A stretch of DNA of 64,000 nucleotides from an uncultured Candidatus Saccharibacteria bacterium (lineage in GTDB: Bacteria > Patescibacteriota > Minisyncoccia > UBA6257 > 2-01-FULL-56-20): positions 33-64,032 of the forward strand of contig CAZHBZ010000003.1 of assembly GCA_964530925.1 (NCBI GenBank), written 5' to 3'. Of this stretch, positions 7,431-16,908 are shown in pieces. Position 1 is the stretch's first letter, and each line of letters begins with the position of its first letter. Position numbers and translations under genes: made by a program. Under the pieces are notes generated by a model. It was not told the origin of the DNA. It did not search any database and worked only from the letters and a program-made list of their open reading frames with translations.

Positions 7431-9251
7431 ATGGACCCAAAAAACATCCGCAATATTGCAATCATCGCGCACGTTGACCATGGAAAAACCACTCTCGTGG
7501 ACGCGCTTTTGAAGCAGTCCGCGGATTTTAAATTGAAAACCGGAGCGGAGGATACGCTTATTATGGATTCCAACGAACTCGAAAGAGAGCGGGGAATCAC
7601 CATTTTTTCCAAAAATGCCGCGGTACATTATCAGGGTGCAAAGATAAATATAGTGGATACTCCGGGTCACGCCGATTTCGGCGGGGAAGTGGAGCGCATC
7701 ATGCGCATGGTGGATGGCATTTTGCTTCTGGTGGATGCCAAAGAGGGTCCGATGCCGCAAACCAAATTTGTTTTGAAAAAAGCAATACAGGCCGGACATA
7801 AAGTTATCGTAGTTATAAATAAAATAGATAAGCCGGGCGCGAGGCCGAATTGGGCGCTGGAGCGCACTTTTGATCTTTTTATCGAACTTGGCGCTTCCGA
7901 CGAACAGGCGGAGTTTCCGGTGGTTTACGCATCCGGCGCGCAAGGCAAAGCGGGCTACGCGCACGAGCTCTCGGAGATGACCGACATCCGCCCAGTTTTC
8001 GATACGATAATAAAATATATTCCGTCTCCGGTAGTGGATGAAACCAAGCCCCTCCAAATGCTTACCGTGAATCTTTTTTACGATAACTACAAAGGCAAGA
8101 TTGCTATCGGCAGGCTTTATTCCGGAACTCTTAAAAAGAATGTGGAAGTCGCGCACATCGGACGCGACGGGGTAACCCGGAAAGCATCGCTTACGAACGT
8201 TATGCTTTTTGACGGACTCGCGCGGGTGGACGTAGACGAAGCGACCGCGGGAGACATTGTGGCCATCGCGGGAATTACGGATGTCTCTATCGGAGAAACG
8301 ATAACCGACAAAGACAATCCTCAGCCGCTTCCGACTATAGATATAGAGGAGCCGACCGTGAAGATGAATTTTATGGTTAACAACTCTCCGTTCGCTGGAC
8401 GGGAAGGACAATTTGTGACTTCAAGACACTTAGCCGATCGTTTGGCCAAAGAAGTGGATACCGATGTTGCTTTGCGCGTGATGCCGACCGACAACTTTGA
8501 TACTTGGGAAGTCGCCGGACGCGGAGAACTTCATCTTTCTATTCTTATCGAAAAAATGCGCCGGGAAGGGTTTGAATTTCAAGTTTCCCGCCCGCAGGTT
8601 ATTTTCCACGAAAAAGACGGAAAGAAACTCGAGCCGATGGAGATTTTGGCGGTTGAAGTTCCGGAAGATTCTACGGGCATAGTTATTGAAGAGATGGGCC
8701 GCCGCAAAGGGAATATGAAAGACATGCGTGTGGAAAACGGCATGGCTTATATGGATTTTTTGGTGCCGACCAGGGGCCTTATCGGTTTGCGCACTATATT
8801 TATGACCAAGACCAAGGGAATGGGAATAATGAATTCCATTTTTGAAGACTACGAAGAGTACAAAGGAGACTTTGAATCCAATCCACACGGGAGTTTGGTG
8901 GCTTCGGAGTCCGGCATTACCCGCGCTTACGGAATGATGGGCGCCGAAGACAGGGGAGAGCTTTTCATAAATCCGGGATTGGAAGTTTACGAAGGCGAGA
9001 TTGTCGGCCAGAACGCTAAGGCGATGGATATCCGCGTGAACGTTTGTAAAGAGAAACAACTTTCCAACATGCGTTCCAAGGGCGTGGGCGGAATGGAATT
9101 TTTGAAAGTTCCGCGCGTGCTCTCACTTGAAGACTCTTTGGAATATATCGGCGACGACGAACTTGTGGAGGTGACTCCGAAGTCTATCCGGATGCGTAAG
9201 ATCTATTTAACCGAAATCGACGAGAAGCGCGCTAACCGCGCGAACGCATAG
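7431..9251 (+). CDS. typA: translational GTPase TypA/BipA
   Basis: G1 AHVDHGKTT, G3 DTPGHADF, G4 NKID; C-terminal BipA-specific domain; 606 aa. Confidence 0.9.
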   Translation: MDPKNIRNIAIIAHVDHGKTTLVDALLKQSADFKLKTGAEDTLIMDSNELERERGITIFSKNAAVHYQGAKINIVDTPGHADFGGEVERIMRMVDGILLLVDAKEGPMPQTKFVLKKAIQAGHKVIVVINKIDKPGARPNWALERTFDLFIELGASDEQAEFPVVYASGAQGKAGYAHELSEMTDIRPVFDTIIKYIPSPVVDETKPLQMLTVNLFYDNYKGKIAIGRLYSGTLKKNVEVAHIGRDGVTRKASLTNVMLFDGLARVDVDEATAGDIVAIAGITDVSIGETITDKDNPQPLPTIDIEEPTVKMNFMVNNSPFAGREGQFVTSRHLADRLAKEVDTDVALRVMPTDNFDTWEVAGRGELHLSILIEKMRREGFEFQVSRPQVIFHEKDGKKLEPMEILAVEVPEDSTGIVIEEMGRRKGNMKDMRVENGMAYMDFLVPTRGLIGLRTIFMTKTKGMGIMNSIFEDYEEYKGDFESNPHGSLVASESGITRAYGMMGAEDRGELFINPGLEVYEGEIVGQNAKAMDIRVNVCKEKQLSNMRSKGVGGMEFLKVPRVLSLEDSLEYIGDDELVEVTPKSIRMRKIYLTEIDEKRANRANA

Positions 9252-9294
9252 AAACACCCGGGAAATCCCGAGGTGTTTTTGTATACTTAAGCTA

Positions 9295-10944
9295 GTGCTT
9301 AAAGACGCGATAGAAAAAATATTCGACGGCGAAGTTTTAGATGGCGAAAAATCTAGGGGATTTTACGCGCGGGATGCGTCTATTTTTGAAATAAAGCCGC
9401 AGGTCATTGTTCGGCCCAAAACCCGTGATGCCCTAAAGGCCCTGGTTAAATTCGTTTCCGCGCATCGAGCGGCAGGGGACATTAAAATGGAAATATCAGC
9501 GCGGTCCGGAGGAACGGACATGTCCGGCGGACCCTTGGGCGAATCCATTGTGGTGGATTTTATCGCGCATTTAAATAAATTAATTAAACTGGATAAAGAT
9601 GAGGCGGTGGTTGAGCCCGGACTTTTTTATAGAGATCTGGAAGTTGAAACGGACAAACTCGGAGTGATGTTGCCGTCGTATCCGGCCTCCAAAAGCATTT
9701 GCGCGCTTGGAGGAATGGTGGCCAACAATTCCGCCGGGGAGAAAACCTTGGCTTACGGACAAACCGAAAAATATGTTACCGAGGTCAAGGCGGTTTTATC
9801 TGACGGCGAGGAGCATTCTTTCGGGCCCCTGACTCGCAGGGAATTGGACGGCAGAGCAGGGGAAGATACTTTTGAAGGGGAAATATATCGGAAGATGATG
9901 TCCCTGGTCTTCGATAATCTGGAAACAATAGAAGCCGCGAGGCCGAAAGTCAGCAAGAATGCGGCAGGCTATGCGCTTTGGAATATCTGGGATGGAGAAC
10001 ATTTTAATCTGGCGAAACTTTTTTGCGGGGCACAGGGGACCTTAGGGCTCATGACAGAAGCCAGGCTGAAACTAATTCCAAAAAAGAAATACTCAAAACT
10101 TTTGGTCGCGTTTCTGAAAGACCAGGCGCCGGTCAGCGAATTCGCGCGGCGGGCGCTCGCGTATCATCCGGAAAGCATTGAGTCTTTCGACGATAATACT
10201 TTAAAGATCGCAGTCAGATTCTTTTTCGATATTATCCGGGTTATGAACGCAAGGAATTTTCTGAAACTCGTCCTCCAGTTTTTGCCGGAGTTCTTTATGG
10301 TTCTGCGTGGCGGAGTGCCAAAATTGATATTTCTGGTGGAGCTTACCGATGACGACGAGGGAAAATTGGACGAACGATTGGTTAAAATGCGGGACGATTT
10401 AAAAAAACTTCCGATAAGGGTTAGGGTCATTAAAAGTGAAGCCGAGGGGGATAAGTACTGGACCATGCGGCGGGAGAGCTTCAATCTTTTGAGGAACAGG
10501 ATAAAAGACAAGCAAACGGCTCCATTTATCGACGATTTTATCGTGCCGCCGGAAAGCTTAAGTGATTTTTTACCTCGTCTAAATGCTATACTTTTACCAT
10601 ACGCGGAGAGGTTGACTTATACCATCGCGGGGCATATTGGCGACGGCAATTTCCACATTATTCCCCTTATGGACCTGGACGACCCGGAATCAAAAAAGAT
10701 AATTCCGGAGCTTATGGAAAAAGTTTATACGCTCGTCTTGGAATTTCACGGGTCTATAACCGCGGAACACAACGATGGGTTGATCCGGAGTCCATATCTT
10801 TTAAAAATGTACGGAGAAAAAGTTTACGGGCTTTTTGAAGAAGTTAAAAAAATATTCGACCCGGAAAATATCTTCAATCCAGGTAAAAAAGTCGGTTCAA
10901 ATCTGGAATATGCTCTGTCGAAAATAAAATCAAAATCAAAATAA
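9295..10944 (+). CDS. FAD-linked oxidase (GlcD / D-lactate dehydrogenase family)
   Basis: N-terminal PCMH-type FAD-binding domain (SARSGGTDMSGG, GTLGLMTEARLKL) and C-terminal FAD-oxidase domain; GTG start. Confidence 0.7.
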   Translation: MLKDAIEKIFDGEVLDGEKSRGFYARDASIFEIKPQVIVRPKTRDALKALVKFVSAHRAAGDIKMEISARSGGTDMSGGPLGESIVVDFIAHLNKLIKLDKDEAVVEPGLFYRDLEVETDKLGVMLPSYPASKSICALGGMVANNSAGEKTLAYGQTEKYVTEVKAVLSDGEEHSFGPLTRRELDGRAGEDTFEGEIYRKMMSLVFDNLETIEAARPKVSKNAAGYALWNIWDGEHFNLAKLFCGAQGTLGLMTEARLKLIPKKKYSKLLVAFLKDQAPVSEFARRALAYHPESIESFDDNTLKIAVRFFFDIIRVMNARNFLKLVLQFLPEFFMVLRGGVPKLIFLVELTDDDEGKLDERLVKMRDDLKKLPIRVRVIKSEAEGDKYWTMRRESFNLLRNRIKDKQTAPFIDDFIVPPESLSDFLPRLNAILLPYAERLTYTIAGHIGDGNFHIIPLMDLDDPESKKIIPELMEKVYTLVLEFHGSITAEHNDGLIRSPYLLKMYGEKVYGLFEEVKKIFDPENIFNPGKKVGSNLEYALSKIKSKSK

Positions 10945-10945
10945 A

Positions 10946-11965
10946 ATGCGTCAAAATCAAAAATATTTTTTTCTTACTCTTTTTATCGGCGTTTCGATTC
11001 TTGTGTTTTTTATATTGCGTCCGTATCTAGGGGCGATTTTCTTCGGCGCTGTCTTGGCGGTGGTATTTTCACCGATATATAAATATTTTGACAGGAAAAT
11101 GAAAGGACACTCTACTATTTCCGCGCTTTTGACGGTGCTTTTGGCAGTTCTCTTGGTATTGGTTCCGGCGTCCGCGATAGGAACACAGCTTGTTTTGGAG
11201 GCCAGGGAGGCGTATATGGATCTGGAAACCGGAATCGGGATAAATGCGGCGATAAACGAAGTCGCATCAAAAATCGAAGAAGTTATTCCGCAATTTTCGT
11301 TTTCTTCCGTAGATGTCGATTCTTACGCGAGGGGAGCTTTGGATTGGCTCTTGGCTCATTTGGGTTCGCTTTTCTCCGGCGTAGCTACTGCATTCCTTAG
11401 CCTCGTTTTGGGGCTTCTTTCTCTTTTCTTCTGTTTGAAGAACGGAAAGGAAATAAGGAGTAAGTTCGCGATATTAAGCCCTATGCCAAAAGGGGTTGAT
11501 GATGAGCTTTTGGGTAAACTTGAAACTGCGGCCAGCTCTACGATAAAAGGGACTCTAATAGTAGCGGTAATTCAGGGTCTGGCCGCCGGCTTTGGTTTTT
11601 TTATTTTCGGTTTGCCACAACCCATTCTTTGGGGATTGGTCGCGGCTCTTGCCGCGCTTATTCCGGCGGTTGGAACCGGCCTCGTGGTCGTGCCCGCATC
11701 CATCTATCTTTTTATTACCGGCGCGGCTTTTGCCGCGGTAGGGAACCTGACCTGGGGGCTGCTTATTGTGGGAACTCTGGATAACTTTTTACGCCCAAAA
11801 CTTATGGAAAAAGGCGTGGACGCGCATCCATTTATAGTGCTTTTGAGTATTTTGGGCGGCGTGAGCCTTTTCGGGCCTATTGGATTTATCGCCGGGCCGC
11901 TAGCGATAAGTTTGCTTTTTGCGCTTCTTGATATGTATCCGAAAATAATTTCTTCGGCAAAATAA
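10946..11965 (+). CDS. AI-2E family transporter (UPF0118/PerM-like)
   Basis: eight TM helices; conserved GxLDNxLRP motif (GTLDNFLRPKL) and C-terminal FGxxGxxxGP. Confidence 0.75.
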   Translation: MRQNQKYFFLTLFIGVSILVFFILRPYLGAIFFGAVLAVVFSPIYKYFDRKMKGHSTISALLTVLLAVLLVLVPASAIGTQLVLEAREAYMDLETGIGINAAINEVASKIEEVIPQFSFSSVDVDSYARGALDWLLAHLGSLFSGVATAFLSLVLGLLSLFFCLKNGKEIRSKFAILSPMPKGVDDELLGKLETAASSTIKGTLIVAVIQGLAAGFGFFIFGLPQPILWGLVAALAALIPAVGTGLVVVPASIYLFITGAAFAAVGNLTWGLLIVGTLDNFLRPKLMEKGVDAHPFIVLLSILGGVSLFGPIGFIAGPLAISLLFALLDMYPKIISSAK

Positions 11966-12001
11966 TAAAACCCGCCCCGTGGGTACGGAGCGGTTCTTGG
12001 T

Positions 12002-12736
12002 TCACTTCTTGCATTTATTAAACGCTTCTTCGTTTTCGCCAATCGCTTTGAGGAACGCTTTTAGGGTGTTCGTGACGATAGCTGCGCCGTAGAACCTATC
12101 CGGCGGCGTTCCGTCCTCATCGCTTCCCAATTGGATATTGGAGTCAACGATTCCGACCAATTCTCCTTTTAGATTGAAAAGACCGGAACCAGATTCTCCC
12201 GGGATAGCTGGACGGTCAAGAAAGATGTGCCCATCCTTCTCGCCCTGAGCCACGTAGTATACCTTTAGGAATCCGTTGGTTCCGTTCGCATTCGAATAGT
12301 TTAGAACGGTTTCGCCAACAGAAATTTTTTCCGCGAATTTGATTGGCGGTAGGTCGGCAGCGATTTCGGATTCGATGGCAATCAAATCCATTGGCGCGCT
12401 GAGGCCCTTAACCGTTATTTCCGTAAACTTCTGTTCCGTGGTTGGTCCAGTAGTTGTAATCGGTTCCGCGGTCACGGAGTTTGCGGCGAGAACATGGAAA
12501 TTTGAAATGAGCAGTCGACAGCCGATGCGTACCGCGCTGGCGGAAGAGGCATCTTCCGGGTCTTTCGTGCGGATATTTCGTGTTTCGAGCCGCACATATC
12601 TGTCCTGAGCGATTTTAACAGCTTCCATGAAGCTTCTGTCGGTCGCCGAGGGTTTGTCGTTCTTCAGAGCCGCATTGTCTTGAGCGTTAAGGAGCAAGGG
12701 GAGGAGAAAAACAATGATGGTTCCTCGGATGCGCAT
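12002..12736 (-). CDS. secreted trypsin-like (S1) serine protease
   Basis: signal peptide; His (NFHVLAAN), Asp (DLIAIE) and Ser (GESGSGLF, GDSGGP-like) catalytic motifs. Confidence 0.65.
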   Translation of the reverse strand: MRIRGTIIVFLLPLLLNAQDNAALKNDKPSATDRSFMEAVKIAQDRYVRLETRNIRTKDPEDASSASAVRIGCRLLISNFHVLAANSVTAEPITTTGPTTEQKFTEITVKGLSAPMDLIAIESEIAADLPPIKFAEKISVGETVLNYSNANGTNGFLKVYYVAQGEKDGHIFLDRPAIPGESGSGLFNLKGELVGIVDSNIQLGSDEDGTPPDRFYGAAIVTNTLKAFLKAIGENEEAFNKCKK

Positions 12737-12824
12737 GATTCACCTCCTGTGCTGCCTGAAGTATTCTCTCCGGTCATATAATTGTCAAACAAAAAACCCG
12801 GCGCTTTGCGCCGGGGTTACGGTC

Positions 12825-14120
12825 TTAATTGCTCCTTTTAACCCTGACAGTCGAGTAGGAGGCGAGGGGCTCGGGCGAACCGGCTTCCTTGGCTTCACCG
12901 ATTTTTTCGAATGTGATCTTGCCTTGTCTCATTCCGATGAATATCCGATCGTTCATTCTGATTTGCTCGGAACCAACCAGGGTGGTCAGAGGAGCTTTAA
13001 GTTCGTCCTCGATCTTCTGGCGGATGGGCCTCGCTCCGTATTCCGGGTGTTGGAGCGCTTCTTCGGAAATATAGGTCACAACCTGCGTGCTGATATTGAG
13101 GTGTATTCTGCAAATCCGCTTGAAATCTTTTACTAGTTGGCGAAGCTGAAGTTCGACAACAGCCTTAATTTCCTGCGGCCCGAGCTCTTCAAAGGCCACG
13201 ATGTTATTGCGGCATCGGCCGATGAATTCCGGACGGAAAACTTTACCGAGCTCATGTATGGCTATTTTCCAGATTTGGCTTCGATCGCGTGAATCCTTCG
13301 CGCTTCCAAAACCCATCTTACCGACCTGTTTAAGCTCCCTCTTAATCTCTTCCGAACCTGCGTTTGAGGTCAGAAAAACGAAGGTGTTCCCAAAGGAAGT
13401 AGTCTCGCCGGTGCTCAGCATTCTTAGCTGTCCGGCATCGGCGATTTCCATCAGGATGTTGTATGCGTTCGGGTGAGCCTTTTCGATTTCGTCAAAAAGA
13501 AGCACGGATGGAAGCCTGCCTCTCGTGCGAGAGAAGAGCTTTGGGCGCTTTTTATCTCTTTCTCTTTCGAATTCCGCGTTCTTTTGCTCGAAGGCTTCCG
13601 CTGCCATGGCAGTTTCTGGACTGGTTCTGTCGCGCCGTCTGGCTTCGTCATAGGCTTTCTTAGACTTCACAAGATCGAAGCAAAGCGCGGTAGTTTCCGG
13701 GTCATCCCGAAGAGCCCTGTCGAGAGTTCTGTTCGCTGGCTTATTGATTTCTTCCTGCGCGAGTTCTCCGTTTTTATCGCTGCCGATATAGCCGGCGGGG
13801 GAACCTAGCCAGGAGGCCACTTCGTGGCCGTTCGTGACCCGTGTGCAATCAATTTTGGTCATCGCGTCCGGGTCCCTCAAGAAGAATTCCGTAGTCAGGC
13901 GGGCCAGGAATGTTTTACCAACGCCGGATGGACCGGCGAAAATCATGAATACAGCTGGCCTATCGGAGTTGTGGAAGGGCGAACGATACAATTCGTAGGC
14001 CCGTACCAGTTTGCGAATAGCCCTTTCTTGCCCGACCATGCGGGACCTCAAGAAATCATAGAATTCCTGTCCAGCCTTTGAGAACTTTTCGGTATCAAGG
14101 GCGCTCAGTTGTCCTGCCAT
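12825..14120 (-). CDS. stand-alone Clp-family AAA+ ATPase (ClpA/ClpB D2-like module) with an internal charged insertion
   Basis: Walker A GPSGVGKT, ClpB-D2 signature IDCTRV...GSPAGYIG, Walker B LLFDEIEKAHPNAYNILMEIAD, sensor FVFLTSNAGS, C-terminal ClpB_D2-small-like helices; about 70 aa K/R/E-rich insert between Walker A and B. Confidence 0.7.
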   Translation of the reverse strand: MAGQLSALDTEKFSKAGQEFYDFLRSRMVGQERAIRKLVRAYELYRSPFHNSDRPAVFMIFAGPSGVGKTFLARLTTEFFLRDPDAMTKIDCTRVTNGHEVASWLGSPAGYIGSDKNGELAQEEINKPANRTLDRALRDDPETTALCFDLVKSKKAYDEARRRDRTSPETAMAAEAFEQKNAEFERERDKKRPKLFSRTRGRLPSVLLFDEIEKAHPNAYNILMEIADAGQLRMLSTGETTSFGNTFVFLTSNAGSEEIKRELKQVGKMGFGSAKDSRDRSQIWKIAIHELGKVFRPEFIGRCRNNIVAFEELGPQEIKAVVELQLRQLVKDFKRICRIHLNISTQVVTYISEEALQHPEYGARPIRQKIEDELKAPLTTLVGSEQIRMNDRIFIGMRQGKITFEKIGEAKEAGSPEPLASYSTVRVKRSN

Positions 14121-14384
14121 AAACCCTCCTTTTTCTGATTGTGAATAACTGTCTTAGTTATACAGAGCAAGGGCCGGTCTTGGCAAGGAGCCATCGGACG
14201 GGGTTGACCCCGCACCGAGCCGAGCACAAGCCCTTTTGGCTGTCGCGGTTTTTTTAAAAATGTGGGTTGTATCCAGTAGTCCAAATTAATGTATTTCGAT
14301 GTTTGGTCGGGCAAGTAAGACAGCCGTGCTCGATCTGGTGACGGGGTGTTGACCTTTTTCGATTTTTTGTTAGACTTGGAAAAC

Positions 14385-14669
14385 ATGTTGGTAATAAGAC
14401 TTTCAAGGAGAGGGAAAAAGCATCAGCCAAGCTACAGGATTGTGGTTGCCGAAAAGCGTTCCAAGCTTACCGGCGAGGCGCTTGAAGACTTAGGTTCATA
14501 TAATCCTTTCAGCAAGAAGGCGACTTTAAATAAAGAAAGAGTGAGTTATTGGCTCAAGGTTGGAGCCAAGGCCAGCCCTTCGCTTCACAACATTTTGGTT
14601 AAAGAGAAGGCTGTCGAAGCTAAGAAAGTCGTAGTCAAAATAAAGGCTAAGAAGGAAAAGAAGGCCTAG
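14385..14669 (+). CDS. rpsP: 30S ribosomal protein S16
   Basis: MLVIRLSRRGKKHQPSYRIVVAE N-terminus is canonical bS16. Confidence 0.9.
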   Translation: MLVIRLSRRGKKHQPSYRIVVAEKRSKLTGEALEDLGSYNPFSKKATLNKERVSYWLKVGAKASPSLHNILVKEKAVEAKKVVVKIKAKKEKKA

Positions 14670-14742
14670 TAGAGTTTTGGCCGTTGGTTATAATTAGTTT
14701 ATAATCTTGTTGGCTTGAAAGGTCGCTAATTCCATTTAAAAA

Positions 14743-15039
14743 ATGAATAATACCGCAGATCAGGAATTTCTATCGAGCCTTGTAAAGGCTCTGGTTGACC
14801 ATCCGGATGATATAAAAATCGAACGCAAAGTGGACGAACTGGGCATACTTTTGACTCTTCACGTGCATCGTGACGATATGGGCCAGGTTGTCGGTCGTCA
14901 GGGTTCGACCGCCAAAGCAATCCGCTCTCTTTTAAGGATTGTCGGTATGAAAAATAACGCCCGTGTGAATCTAAAGATTGAAGAACCCGAAGGTTCCACC
15001 TTTGAAAAACCGGAAGCTCCGGTCGCTCCTACTGAATAA
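14743..15039 (+). CDS. KH-domain RNA-binding protein (UPF0109/YlqC-like)
   Basis: VGRQGSTAKAIRSLL GxxG KH loop; conserved position after rpsP. Confidence 0.85.
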   Translation: MNNTADQEFLSSLVKALVDHPDDIKIERKVDELGILLTLHVHRDDMGQVVGRQGSTAKAIRSLLRIVGMKNNARVNLKIEEPEGSTFEKPEAPVAPTE

Positions 15040-15155
15040 ATAAAAAATCACTCCGCGATAAGGGTGATTTTTTATTCGAGTGGACAAAAATATTTCGATT
15101 GCTATAATTGTTTCGGGTTAAAAGTCATTAGTAATCAGTAATAAGTTTTATAAAA

Positions 15156-15725
15156 ATGCTTTCATATAACGAATTAACCAAAGGAACTCTGTTTATTTTA
15201 GAAGGCGCTCCATACGAAGTTTTGGAGATGAATTTTTTGCGGATGCAACAGAGGAAGGCGACTGTGAATACAAAGATTCGGAATCTTATAACCGGAAAAG
15301 TTTTGGAGAGGAATTGGCAAGGTTCGGATAGTTTTGAAGAGGCGGAGATAGAGCGGAAGAATTCCAAGTTCCTTTATGCCAACCGAGGAGAATATTGGTT
15401 TTGCGACGAAAAAAACGCCGCGGATAGGTTTTCTCTTTCCGAAGAAGTGATAGGGGATTCGGCAAAATTCCTGAAGCCCAACACTCCGGTCATCGCTACT
15501 ATATTTAAAGATAAGGTTATTAAGGTGGCTATGCCTATTAAAATGGATTTCAAAGTTGTGGAAGCTCCTCCATCTATAAAAGGGAATACCGCGCAGGGAG
15601 GAGATAAAGTTATAACCCTGGAAGGGGGAGCAACGGTGAGCGCCCCGCTTTTCATCAACGAAGGCGATATTGTAAAAGTTAACACCGAAACTGGCGAATA
15701 CGTGGAACGCGTAGACAAGGGCTAA
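15156..15725 (+). CDS. efp: elongation factor P
   Basis: three-domain EF-P with KPG-loop-like region and C-terminal OB domains; 189 aa. Confidence 0.9.
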   Translation: MLSYNELTKGTLFILEGAPYEVLEMNFLRMQQRKATVNTKIRNLITGKVLERNWQGSDSFEEAEIERKNSKFLYANRGEYWFCDEKNAADRFSLSEEVIGDSAKFLKPNTPVIATIFKDKVIKVAMPIKMDFKVVEAPPSIKGNTAQGGDKVITLEGGATVSAPLFINEGDIVKVNTETGEYVERVDKG

Positions 15726-15774
15726 GATATATTATGAAGAAGCCCCGTGGATATCCACGGGGCTTTTGGTTGAA

Positions 15775-16908
15775 TCACTGATTAGCAATCGATCTTGTCT
15801 TGTCGTATTTGTATCTGGAGGCGCGGGGAGTGTCCTCCGCGTGTTTCGTGTTGATGGGAAGTTGCCAGGTCTTTCCATAGCGGGGATGGACCCCAAAGAG
15901 GATTTGGACGGGATCGTTGAAAAGTCCCAGTCCGGCGGCATACTCATCGCCGCCCTTGAGCGATCCGTTCAAGATATCCTCGCCGGTGGGCGACTGGAGC
16001 ATCGCGAACGTGTGAAAGTGGCTCATCACCGTGTAGTTGAAGAAAGTATCCTGCGAGGCCTTAATCTTCACCCACTTGGCGACTTCGCGGTTGATTCCAT
16101 AGAAGGGAATTGATCCCCAGGACTTAATGAGGTCGCCATGCATGACCAGGAAGTTCCAGCCCTGAATGTTCACGAGAGCCCAGAAGGACTTCGGAATGTT
16201 GAACGAAACATTCGGCTGCTTCTTCAACAGCAGCGCCAAGTTCGTGTAGAAAACGTAGTCCCAGCTCACAGACTGCTTGTGCTTGAAGTATTTCTTGGGG
16301 CCGATTCGGCCATGGTTGCCGACCACACAGGTGACCTTCACCTTGGGGAAAGCCTGCGCGAGTTCCAGAATGGCCTGTGCCGTGACAAAGGCTCCCAGAG
16401 TGGCCTGCTCAACGATGGTCAGGTCATTCGTTTCAGCCAGCTCTTCATGAATGATTCCCGAAACCATGTCGCCGGTCAGAAGCACATGAAGCTCCTCGAA
16501 GTTGTACATGGCCATATTCTGCCGCGTGAACTTGATGGCCTTGCCGACGAGGAATTGAAGACGCCGAACGAAGATGTCAAAGTTGTATTCGTTCAGTCCG
16601 CCCATTTCTTCCTTATTGATGGTTTCTCCGATGTGCCAGCAAGATCCGACAAGGACCGCGGACTCCGTGGTTTTCCTATCCTTCGGATTCAGGATTATCG
16701 GTCCCGGCGCCTTAACCCTCGGCAGAGCCGCGATGGATTCGGCGTTCGCTTCGAGAATCAGCCTTTGGGTCTCTCTGCTTCGGATTGCGATCTTGTACTT
16801 GGACTTCAGGATTCTGATTTCGCCGCGAAGCGATTCCAGAGCCTGGTCGTATATCATCCGTTCGGTCATGGTGAGAGGCTTTTCGTTCTCGCTCTTGCCC
16901 TTAGCCAT
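15775..16908 (-). CDS. calcineurin-like metallophosphoesterase (Mre11/SbcD-like fold) with substituted metal-ligand residues and an N-terminal coiled coil
   Basis: motif order SCWHIGE / LLTGDMVSG / VVGNHG / VMHGD / SHFH resembles MPE motifs I-V with D to C/S/G changes; GC-rich ORF on the opposite strand to its neighbours. Confidence 0.5.
   Translation of the reverse strand: MAKGKSENEKPLTMTERMIYDQALESLRGEIRILKSKYKIAIRSRETQRLILEANAESIAALPRVKAPGPIILNPKDRKTTESAVLVGSCWHIGETINKEEMGGLNEYNFDIFVRRLQFLVGKAIKFTRQNMAMYNFEELHVLLTGDMVSGIIHEELAETNDLTIVEQATLGAFVTAQAILELAQAFPKVKVTCVVGNHGRIGPKKYFKHKQSVSWDYVFYTNLALLLKKQPNVSFNIPKSFWALVNIQGWNFLVMHGDLIKSWGSIPFYGINREVAKWVKIKASQDTFFNYTVMSHFHTFAMLQSPTGEDILNGSLKGGDEYAAGLGLFNDPVQILFGVHPRYGKTWQLPINTKHAEDTPRASRYKYDKTRSIANQ

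Noticed and set aside
7140-7478. Diversity-generating retroelement (template/variable repeat) explanation for the duplicated typA start
   Set aside because: Substitutions between the copies are not adenine-specific. No reverse transcriptase is nearby. The repeat lies at a gene's 5' start rather than at a C-terminal lectin fold.
12002-14120. Clp-like ATPase plus S1 protease as a two-gene proteolytic operon
   Set aside because: A GC hairpin with T-run and a TTGACA promoter lie between the two genes. The protease also has a secretion signal whereas the ATPase is cytoplasmic, so the two are reported as separate units.
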